21,408 nt of DNA from Snowella sp. (GTDB lineage: Bacteria > Cyanobacteriota > Cyanobacteriia > Cyanobacteriales > Microcystaceae): NCBI GenBank assembly GCA_035285545.1, contig JAYKGY010000034.1, positions 1 to 21,408 on the forward strand. The letters are read 5' to 3'. A program made the translations under genes and the position numbers. The stretch's first letter is position 1; every line of letters starts with the position of its first letter. Below, piece by piece: positions 1-7,459 of the stretch. The notes beneath the pieces are model-generated. The model saw only the letters and a program-made list of their open reading frames with translations. It had not been told where the DNA came from and made no database searches.

Positions 1-79
1 AAGGACTCATTTGAGAGATAGTTATCCGAGCATTTGCTAGGGAAATAACCGTCCACCTAGCTAGTGAAGTTAGCGTTCG

Positions 80-2620
80 CTAAAATGTACCAATTTCGTT
101 CCTATTGACTTTTCGGATAGGCTCTAAACCCCCATGAAAAATTTTCCACAGTAACCCTTCACTTTCATCCCCTAAAACTCTCTTTATCGCATCGTCAGGA
201 ATATCAAAACTTTCTTGAAGATAATCTTTAAATTGTAATAAAATATCTATTTGTGCGGTTTTTTTCATTAAATATTCATAATCTTGATGATTGATTTTTT
301 CTAAATCTAAGGTCTTGTTTTCACAGTAAGCATGATAAGCTAACCAATCAAATAAGGCGTAAAAACCATGAATTCTTTGTAAGTAGCGATTCTGAGGATT
401 CAAGGGTAATTTTTTAAAAGTAGGATCAGTAAGTAAATGTTCATTACGGAATAAAAATAAATCCATTGATTTATAAGGACTTAAAACCGTTACTACAATC
501 GGTCTTGTGCCAACTTTTCGCCCTCCTCTTCCTTTCCGTTGAACAAAACTGGCAACATTCGCCGGGGCTTGATATTGAAGAACACACATTAAATCTTCAT
601 CATCATAACCGACTTCTAAAGCAGAAGTGGTAATAACTAAATCATCATTGGGTTCAATAATAACAGACCGATCTCCCCCTGTTTTTCGTTTAATATTTAA
701 GGGTTCTCGACGCGCTTTTCCTTTTTGACTTAATACCCACCAACATTCCCCCACTTGAAAATAAGGACAGTTTAAATTAGGTTGGTCACAAGTTTCGCAA
801 TTACAATTATAGGTAAAATTTTTACCAAGAAAATTTTCAAACAATTGACGATTAAAAGGAGGAAAACGATAGGTATATAGAGGAAGTAAATTAATTGGGC
901 GATCTACCACATTTTTATTTTTGTCTTGTTCTCTTGCTGTTTTTTGTTCTGGCTTAATTTTCTCTGCATCTTCCATTTGATAAAGCCAACGTCCAACAAT
1001 ATCTAAAGATTGAACAAAGCCAAAGGTACGATAACGTCCTGTATTGGGTTGAGACATGGTATGTAAAACACACATTGCTGTTTGAATCAGTGTCGAAATA
1101 ACAGCAGTGTCTTCATTTTCCTCAGCTTTAATAAAGATAAATCTTTCTGCTCCAATGGTTTGCATTTCATCATCATGGGGAGTAACATGATTAATACGAG
1201 TAACAGAAATTCCTGATAAGTCCGATAAAAATTGTTTTGGTTCAGCAATGGTAGCGCTTAAACCGATAAAAGCTAAATTATTATTTTCATGACGATCTTT
1301 TTGTCCTAAACGAATCCTCGCCATTAATCTTCGTAATAATAAAGCTACTTGAGTTCCTGCCGTAGAAGTTTGCAAGTGAATTTCATCTAACATCACCACT
1401 GAAGGCGCACAAAAGGTTTCTGTCCCGAATAAATATTGATATTTTGAAGAAAGTAAACGACGATGAAGGGATTCTGTGGTGGCAATTAATAAATCAGGAG
1501 GATGCTGTTCCATTACATCCCTAGCAAACTGAATAAATGAATATTGTTTATTACAAACAGGACAGATAAGTCTTTTTGGTTGGGTTGGATAGGACATAAG
1601 TCTTTGTTTGCCATCATTACAAGAACATCCTGCTGTCCCCACACAATAGGCAAAAGGTGATAAATATCCCCCACTTTGTTCATCAAATGTCCAACCTCGC
1701 ATTTTTGCTAGTTGGTCTTTGTTCTTCTGCTCAATGCTACGGAAATTATCAAGCTGATATACTGCCGCACCGCTTTCTAAACCAATGGTTAATATGGGTA
1801 ATTGATATTGTTCTAAAACTTGGTTGAGGTAAAATAAGACTTCAATAAAGTCGGTTAATTGATTTTCTGATAAGGCAACTCTTGGATAAATACAAATTGC
1901 TTTAACACCGATTTTTTTTCTTAAACAACGTTCCAGAATAATTTTAGCGAGAAGGGGGAGAAAGAAAGCATAGGTTTTCCCTGCGCCTGTACTGGCGGTG
2001 ACGACGACTCCTTTTTCAATGCCTTGTTGACGTTCTAATTCTATAATGTTGAGAATCTGTTCAAAAGTACGGGTTTGAAATCCACTTAAATCAGTCAGTT
2101 TTGGCAGGTAGTTGTTGATAACTTCAGTTAAAATTTGCGCGACTTGCTGTTGTTCTTGAGTTTGTAAAGGTTGAAGACCTTGAGAAATTGCTATATTTCG
2201 TCTGGGAACACGACGAGAAGCGACAGTAAATTTAACATCTGCTACTAAATTTTTACATTGACTGAGACGGTGTTGGGATTTTTTATTGTTATACTCAACA
2301 ATCCGTTGTTTTAATTTAGAAAGAAGACGCACAATTTCAGCAATTCGACTTCTAAATATCCATTCTGGAATAGATTGATTTTGATTAAATCGAATAATTT
2401 GTAACTGTTCAGCAAGATATTCTAAGGCTTGTGTGATCGCATCGAAGAGGTCTGTTGAATTCAACAAAACATCATCAGATGGTTGAAAGTTATTGATAAC
2501 CTCAGATCCTGTCATGATAACATCATAAAAACCGTAGGCAATTTGTTCTGCTTCTCTCTGTTCAATGAAGGTGAGAATTTCATCGGCAAGAGATTTTATT
2601 ACTTGAGGAGAGAGAGTCAT
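80..2620 (-). CDS. SF2 DEAD/DEAH-box helicase, DpdJ-like (probably C-terminally truncated or split)
   Basis: Motif I TASTGAGKT, Ia IYPRVAL, II DEIH, III GLSAT, V TSALEVGYD, VI QRKGRGGR. Cys clusters CPVC and CPYFQVGECWW. N-terminal RSRIAEIVRLL..L.Q...LVAD.KF...RR.PRR resembles DpdJ as I recall it. ATG at 2620 preferred over the ORF-track start at 2704. Confidence 0.8.
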   Translation of the reverse strand: MTLSPQVIKSLADEILTFIEQREAEQIAYGFYDVIMTGSEVINNFQPSDDVLLNSTDLFDAITQALEYLAEQLQIIRFNQNQSIPEWIFRSRIAEIVRLLSKLKQRIVEYNNKKSQHRLSQCKNLVADVKFTVASRRVPRRNIAISQGLQPLQTQEQQQVAQILTEVINNYLPKLTDLSGFQTRTFEQILNIIELERQQGIEKGVVVTASTGAGKTYAFFLPLLAKIILERCLRKKIGVKAICIYPRVALSENQLTDFIEVLFYLNQVLEQYQLPILTIGLESGAAVYQLDNFRSIEQKNKDQLAKMRGWTFDEQSGGYLSPFAYCVGTAGCSCNDGKQRLMSYPTQPKRLICPVCNKQYSFIQFARDVMEQHPPDLLIATTESLHRRLLSSKYQYLFGTETFCAPSVVMLDEIHLQTSTAGTQVALLLRRLMARIRLGQKDRHENNNLAFIGLSATIAEPKQFLSDLSGISVTRINHVTPHDDEMQTIGAERFIFIKAEENEDTAVISTLIQTAMCVLHTMSQPNTGRYRTFGFVQSLDIVGRWLYQMEDAEKIKPEQKTAREQDKNKNVVDRPINLLPLYTYRFPPFNRQLFENFLGKNFTYNCNCETCDQPNLNCPYFQVGECWWVLSQKGKARREPLNIKRKTGGDRSVIIEPNDDLVITTSALEVGYDDEDLMCVLQYQAPANVASFVQRKGRGGRKVGTRPIVVTVLSPYKSMDLFLFRNEHLLTDPTFKKLPLNPQNRYLQRIHGFYALFDWLAYHAYCENKTLDLEKINHQDYEYLMKKTAQIDILLQFKDYLQESFDIPDDAIKRVLGDESEGLLWKIFHGGLEPIRKVNRNEIGTF

Positions 2621-2849
2621 TAGGTTTTCTGTAATAATTAAGGAAGAGGGTACGCTAGCAAAGTGTCCATAACAGTTCGATTTTTGAAAATGAACGCCAG
2701 TCAATCCTTTACAGGGTTTATTCCTGCTTTTTAGGATTTATGTCGGATTGCTATAGGTAAATAAAAACTAAGTTTTCGGAAGCTAAATAGAAAGTATTAT
2801 TTAAATCTTTTTTATTGAATTGGTTGAGATTACTTGATGGATTCAGAGA

Positions 2850-3098
2850 TCAAGTATCATCACTTTTTTTTCTACCCATCTTAGAACGCGAATCTTGACG
2901 ATTTTTTAATAGCTCATCAAGAATCTGTGATCTCTCATCAACATTATTCCAATCTTTAAGAAAACGTCTAAAAGCTACATTTACTAGATCCTGTATTGAG
3001 GGGGCAGCCGAAGAATGTTGAGACTCTAACGAAACTTTAATCTTGCGTAAAGATTCGTAAAGTTCGATGGGAACCCGAACAGTGGAGGAAGAAGACAA
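2850..3098 (-). CDS. Small ribbon-helix-helix-like DNA-binding protein
   Basis: 82 aa with TVRVP beta-strand, helix ELYESLRKIK and helix SIQDLVNVAFRRFL. TTG start with AGGT upstream. Divergent from the DGQHR gene. Confidence 0.65.
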   Translation of the reverse strand: MSSSSTVRVPIELYESLRKIKVSLESQHSSAAPSIQDLVNVAFRRFLKDWNNVDERSQILDELLKNRQDSRSKMGRKKSDDT

Positions 3099-3138
3099 AA
3101 TTAGATTACCTAGCTGAAAACTAAAGTTATTTTAATAA

Positions 3139-3176
3139 GCATGGGCAGATACCTGCTACCATGTATACATGTATGC
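3139..3176. promoter_or_regulatory. Candidate operator in the divergent promoter between the RHH and DGQHR genes
   Basis: Overlapping palindromes CATGTATACATG (3160-3171), ATACATGTAT (3165-3174) and GCAG-ATAC-CTGC (3145-3156). Confidence 0.4.
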
Positions 3177-3188
3177 AAAATTAGGAAT

Positions 3189-4277
3189 ATGGAATTAACA
3201 TTTAACGCTATCCCCATTCTCGGTAATCCCAAAACTCAAGAGTGCAACTATCTAGCCAGTGTTCTTTATGGAGATATTGCTCAATTAATTATTGATAGTC
3301 GCCTTTACGTTCCTCATCATGCACAACTTCCTGATTTAGCCCAACGCAAACCAAATCCTAGCCGAATCAAACAAATTGCCAACTATATTCTCGAAAATTA
3401 TCAATCAGGCTCAATTTACTTTCCCCCTATTTGCGTCAACCTCTACCCCAAACCCCGCTACGAAAAAGGCAAAATTTATCTGCCCTATCACAGCCTCACC
3501 ATGCGCCTGACTGATGGACAACATCGGTGTTTTGGTATCCATCACGCCCTCTCCAATCTCGAAAAAAATGACAAAACCCAACATAAAATTCTCTCCCAAC
3601 TCCAAATCGGTGTATTAATTTACTCCGCTCTGCCCCTCGAACTCGAACGTCAAGCCTTCCGTGATCAAAATTTATTAGTGCAACGTCCTAGTGTTTCTCT
3701 TTCTCATTACTTTGATCAGCGATCGCCTCATGTTCAAATTGCTAAACAATTAATTGATCAAATTCCCCAATTTCAAAATAATGTTGAAGCCGTTGAAAAT
3801 AGCCTCGGAAACCAAAACCCAAAATTATTAACCCTTTCTACGCTAGTAACAGCGATTCAATTTAATTTCCCGAACCTTAAAACTCAAGATGAACTGCCTG
3901 ATAAAATCGAGTGGTCAATCGACTTTTGGACAACAATAGCCAATACATTACCAGCAGATCCCTGGCGGCAAGCCTCAACTGCTGAACGGCAGACTCAGCG
4001 ACAGCAACAAATCACAGTCAGTGCAGTTTTATTTCAAGCATTAGGAATGATAGCTCATGATCTTTATCAAGAAAAGGTTATGACAGAGCAATTAGGGCAC
4101 TACTTAAATCCGTTAAAAACGCTTGATTGGAATAAAGAAAATCGGTTTTGGCTAGACCGAGGAGTTACTCAAATCGGTACAACAGGTAAACCTATTATTT
4201 CTAACACTCGAACAACAGTTAAACTTTTTTATCAAGTTCTAAAGGAACATTTAGGTCTTATTGTATCTCCTAAATAA
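3189..4277 (+). CDS. DGQHR-domain protein, DndB/DpdB family
   Basis: LTDGQHR motif. RQAFRDQN..RPSVSL..FDQR, SLG..NPKLLTLSTL, FQALG and LDWNKEN..W follow the DndB pattern. ATG at 3189 has AGGA just upstream (ORF-track start 3141 is less likely). Confidence 0.85.
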   Translation: MELTFNAIPILGNPKTQECNYLASVLYGDIAQLIIDSRLYVPHHAQLPDLAQRKPNPSRIKQIANYILENYQSGSIYFPPICVNLYPKPRYEKGKIYLPYHSLTMRLTDGQHRCFGIHHALSNLEKNDKTQHKILSQLQIGVLIYSALPLELERQAFRDQNLLVQRPSVSLSHYFDQRSPHVQIAKQLIDQIPQFQNNVEAVENSLGNQNPKLLTLSTLVTAIQFNFPNLKTQDELPDKIEWSIDFWTTIANTLPADPWRQASTAERQTQRQQQITVSAVLFQALGMIAHDLYQEKVMTEQLGHYLNPLKTLDWNKENRFWLDRGVTQIGTTGKPIISNTRTTVKLFYQVLKEHLGLIVSPK

Positions 4278-5151
4278 TGGCGGAGTACGTTTCTGAAACG
4301 GGTGCAAACACTTCTTTCATTGGATCTCTTCCCTCTTTAAATCGCGATAAATCATAACGTTTATCCCACCAAATCCAACCGCTTGAATCTGCCCAAATTT
4401 GATGCTTTTTCAAAATTGGTAAACGACTTAAAGACAGCCCTCCTAACACAAAATTAGGACGACTCCAACTTAATAATTGGTCAAGTTCTGAATTAGATAA
4501 GCCAAATTTTAAGCCTGTGGGATTACTTGAATCGGATTTTAATAAACCTCCTAATGCGAGGTATTTGTAACCTAAATTACGATGCTCAGAAATTAATCCA
4601 CTCAAAAAGTGTTTTGTTTCCATGTAAGAAAGTGATTGATAATTTTCCTCATAAGTTGAATGGTGATAAAGAGAATAACCCACTTGAGCTACTCCAATTA
4701 ATTGATAGCTCCTTTGTGTACGGTTGTATTCTTCTAAAGCCAATTTTGCTAGATATAAAGATAAGAGCGGCTCATTAATAATATCAGGAGCTAAAACATA
4801 ATCAGGAGCAAATTGATCACAACGATTTAAAAAATTCTGAATAAATCCTCTTATTTTATTTTCATTAGCCAAAGTTAGGCAACGCTTAAAAAAGTTATTT
4901 TCTAAAAAGCATTCGACTTGCAAGTACCAAGGAATTTCTTTAAGTTCGGAGTAAGCAGAATATTCTTTAGATAAATAAAAAAACCCACTATCAATAAAAT
5001 AAGTTTTGTCTAGTTTTCTTAAATTTGATAAAAAATTATTAGATTCTTGAAACGTTGCTAAAACTCCAAAGTCTTCGTGTTCAATCTTTTTTAGATTTTC
5101 TAGATTTTTAGAACGATTAACTACAAAAATAGGCAGAAATTCATTTTTCAT
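4270..5151 (-). CDS. Divergent tRNA-guanine transglycosylase-like protein (DpdA/TgtA-like)
   Basis: TGT barrel motifs in the correct order: FIDSGFF (D54), APD (D123), IGVAQ (Q156), ALGGL (G201-G202), ADSS (D255). No C-terminal Cys/His zinc domain. Very AT-rich. Confidence 0.7.
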   Translation of the reverse strand: MKNEFLPIFVVNRSKNLENLKKIEHEDFGVLATFQESNNFLSNLRKLDKTYFIDSGFFYLSKEYSAYSELKEIPWYLQVECFLENNFFKRCLTLANENKIRGFIQNFLNRCDQFAPDYVLAPDIINEPLLSLYLAKLALEEYNRTQRSYQLIGVAQVGYSLYHHSTYEENYQSLSYMETKHFLSGLISEHRNLGYKYLALGGLLKSDSSNPTGLKFGLSNSELDQLLSWSRPNFVLGGLSLSRLPILKKHQIWADSSGWIWWDKRYDLSRFKEGRDPMKEVFAPVSETYSAII

Positions 5152-5264
5152 TTATTATATAAATCCAAAAAATAAGTTAATTAATATGATGCTATTGTTC
5201 ACGCTGATGAAGAGATTTTTGAAGAAATCTAGAATAATTATATTGGCAAAAGCTTAGATTTTCA

Positions 5265-5359
5265 CAAGGCTAATAGTTTCTCCCACTACCCTGACCACGA
5301 CCTTCCTTACAATAACGTTCAAACTTCGCTTGCGTCCAATCTCGCTTGCTTCTGCCCAT
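5265..5359 (-). pseudogene. tnsA: tnsA 5' remnant (Tn7 transposase endonuclease subunit)
   Basis: ATG at 5359 with AGGA RBS encodes MGRSKRDWTQAKFERYCKEGRGQGSGRNY, then TAG, then CCT-TG. This matches the TnsA N-terminal KEGRGQG.G..Y.PW motif. Not in the ORF track. Confidence 0.9.
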
Positions 5360-5380
5360 AAAAAATCCTGTAGATGCTTA

Positions 5381-5386
5381 ATTATA
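5381..5386 (-). promoter_or_regulatory. Putative -10 box (TATAAT) of the tnsA promoter inside the Tn7 right end
   Basis: Perfect TATAAT on the minus strand 21 nt upstream of the tnsA ATG, next to the innermost TnsB-like repeat. No convincing -35. Confidence 0.45.
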
Positions 5387-5400
5387 CACCCACAGGAAAT

Positions 5401-5465
5401 TATACAACTTTATTATGTTTTATACGACTTTATTATATATTGTCCAACTTTATTATTGTTCTACA
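5401..5465 (-). repeat. Tn7 right end: terminal TGT plus three TnsB-binding-site-like direct repeats
   Basis: Minus strand TGTAGAACA-ATAATAAAGTTGGACA..ATAATAAAGTCGTATA..ATAATAAAGTTGTATA, with copies at 5441-5456, 5421-5436 and 5401-5416 (20-bp period). The AATAAAGT core starts 11 nt from the terminal T, as in E. coli Tn7R (TGTGGGCGGAC-AATAAAGT). Confidence 0.88.
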
Positions 5466-5526
5466 CAACTACAACTAGAGTGAAAAAATTCTATTCAACG
5501 GTTACCGATTTGGCTAGATTGCGAGG
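5466..5526 (-). other. attTn7: TnsD recognition region (glmS codons PRNLAKSVTVE) and insertion point; predicted 5-bp target duplication AGTTG (5470-5466)
   Basis: Conserved glmS C-terminus and canonical 25-nt spacing to the transposon end. Confidence 0.75.
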
Positions 5527-7389
5527 CTGGTCAACGTCTAAACCGCGACGGGCTGCGATGTGATAGGACAATAATTGTAGGGGAATAACCGCAACAATGG
5601 GTGATAGTAATTCCTCAATTTGTGGCACTAATAAAACATCATCAAAAATTGATTTTGTTTCTGCACTATCAACCGATGTAACACCAATCAATCGGGCATC
5701 TCTCGCTTTGGCTTCCTGAGCATTAGATAAAACCTTTTCATGAACTTCGCCAGGCATTGAGATCGCGACAACGGGAACTTTTGAATCCAGTAAGGCAATG
5801 GGCCCGTGTTTCATTTCTCCGGCAGGATAACCCTCTGCATGGATGTAACTGATTTCCTTGAGTTTTAACGCACCTTCGAGGGCGATCGGGAAATTGATAC
5901 CGCGACCTAAAAAGATAAAGTCCTGGGTATCGGCAAACTCATGGGCCAACTCTTCGATCGCTTTTTCTTGTTTTTCCAAAATTCCTTCAATTAAAGACGG
6001 TAATTGCCGTAAACCGTTAATAATTCCTTCTAAGGCTTCAGGAGATAGGGTACGACGACGATAGGCTAAGTCCAAAGCCAAGAAATAAAAACCCATTAAC
6101 TGCGCGGTAAAGGTTTTAGTCGCCGCAACCCCGATCTCAATACCGGCATGGGTATTAATGATCTGATCCACCATTTGGGCCAAGGTACTTTCGGGGCGAT
6201 TGGTAATCCCTAAAATATGGGCTGCATAGGCTGCATCTAAGCCTGTCCGTCGCTGTTTCTCCATTTCCAATGCAGCAAGGGTGTCTGCCGTTTCTCCCGA
6301 TTGCGTCACTCCGATGGTTAAGGTATGGGGAATCATGGGAGTGGGCGCATAGCGAAACTCAGAGGCATATTGGACAACGGTGGGAATTCCGGCTAACTGC
6401 TCTAATAAATAGCGACCCACTAAGCCCGCATGCCAACTGGTTCCACAGGCCAAAATTTGAATATATTGAACATTTTCACAAAGTTCAGGGGCAAGGCCCA
6501 ATTCAATCGGGCTAGAAGTGCTGGCATCACTGGCGTGCCAATTGGGGTTTAAATAGGTGTCTAAACAAGCTCGAACGACAGCCGGTTGCTCATAGATTTC
6601 CTTGAGCATGAAGTGACGGAAGCCTTGTTTTTCGACGGTTGTGTGGCTCCAATCCAGGGTTCGGGGTAATTTCCGTAGGCGATTTAATTCAAAGTCATAA
6701 ATTTCTACCCCTAATGGTGTTAATCTCGCAATTTCTCCATTTTCTAGGGATAAAACGGTGTGGGTATGGGAAACGAGGGCTGTTACATCGGAGGCACAGA
6801 AAAATTCTCCTTGGCCAAAACCGAGAATTAAAGGAGCTTGTTGGCGGGCCACAATGAGTTCATCCGGATAGTCGGCACTAATCACCGCGATCGCAAAGGC
6901 TCCATCTAAGCGAGCGATCGCCAGTTTAACCGCCGTTAAAAATCCCCCAAAGAAATCTCCCGTATCGCCAATAGTGGCTAAAATATCGGAAATTAAATGG
7001 GGAATAACTTCTGTATCGGTTTCTGAAAGGAATTGGTAGCCTTTTTCCTTTAATTCTTCCCGTAACTCTTGATAGTTTTCAATAATGCCATTTTGGACAA
7101 CGGCAATGCGACCAGTTTGATCGCGATGGGGGTGGGCATTGTGTTCTTCTGGCTTACCATGCGTGGCCCAACGGGTATGGCCAATGCCAATCTGCGACGG
7201 ATTGACTTCCCGTTCTAGCTTTTCCCTTAAATTAAAGAGTTTGCCCTTGGCACGAATACATTCAATTTGCCCTTCTAGGACTGTGGCAATGCCAGCCGAA
7301 TCATATCCCCGATATTCGAGACGTTCTAGCCCATCCATCAAAATATCTACTGCTTTTTGGGTGCCGATGTAGCCAACAATTCCACACAT
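5491..7389 (-). CDS. glmS: Glutamine--fructose-6-phosphate transaminase (isomerizing)
   Basis: True start MCGIVG at 7389 (catalytic N-terminal Cys); GHTRWATHG, SQ/TQSGET, EGALKLKE, C-terminal PRNLAKSVTVE. Confidence 0.98.
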   Translation of the reverse strand: MCGIVGYIGTQKAVDILMDGLERLEYRGYDSAGIATVLEGQIECIRAKGKLFNLREKLEREVNPSQIGIGHTRWATHGKPEEHNAHPHRDQTGRIAVVQNGIIENYQELREELKEKGYQFLSETDTEVIPHLISDILATIGDTGDFFGGFLTAVKLAIARLDGAFAIAVISADYPDELIVARQQAPLILGFGQGEFFCASDVTALVSHTHTVLSLENGEIARLTPLGVEIYDFELNRLRKLPRTLDWSHTTVEKQGFRHFMLKEIYEQPAVVRACLDTYLNPNWHASDASTSSPIELGLAPELCENVQYIQILACGTSWHAGLVGRYLLEQLAGIPTVVQYASEFRYAPTPMIPHTLTIGVTQSGETADTLAALEMEKQRRTGLDAAYAAHILGITNRPESTLAQMVDQIINTHAGIEIGVAATKTFTAQLMGFYFLALDLAYRRRTLSPEALEGIINGLRQLPSLIEGILEKQEKAIEELAHEFADTQDFIFLGRGINFPIALEGALKLKEISYIHAEGYPAGEMKHGPIALLDSKVPVVAISMPGEVHEKVLSNAQEAKARDARLIGVTSVDSAETKSIFDDVLLVPQIEELLSPIVAVIPLQLLSYHIAARRGLDVDQPRNLAKSVTVE

Positions 7390-7459
7390 GATGCTTTTCC
7401 AGAATCCAAATTGGTTAGTAATAAGTGTAGCGGTTCCGATGAGTTCGGCAACACATTCC

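Larger units (their letters stand above)
1..5465 (-). mobile_element. Tn7-derived genomic island inserted at attTn7 (glmS 3' end); left boundary lies outside the window; no intact tns genes in view
   Basis: Terminal TGT at 5465, 25 nt after the glmS stop. TnsB-like repeats and a tnsA fragment follow. Cargo is AT-rich, with 1 HIP1 site in about 5.5 kb versus about 16 in the remaining 16 kb. Confidence 0.8.

Noticed and set aside
1..110. Firm assignment as a group II intron end, IscB omega-RNA or specific IS terminus
   Set aside because: No domain V motif or identifiable terminal repeat is visible; kept only as an unassigned structured segment.
2650..2720. Faint resemblance to 21310-21355 (AAGTG(T)CCA...GCCAG...GGTTT)
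   Set aside because: Similarity is too short and gapped to support a shared element without an alignment search.
3189..4277. Calling the island a phosphorothioation (dnd) system
   Set aside because: No dndA/C/D/E genes are in the window; the neighbours point to a TGT/DpdJ-type system.
5401..5456. Three regularly spaced repeats as a mini CRISPR array
   Set aside because: Repeats are 16 bp with 4-bp gaps and no spacers or cas genes; position and sequence fit TnsB sites.
5330..5563. 77-aa plus-strand ORF
   Set aside because: Antisense shadow over the glmS 3' end, the Tn7 end and the tnsA remnant; no recognisable features.
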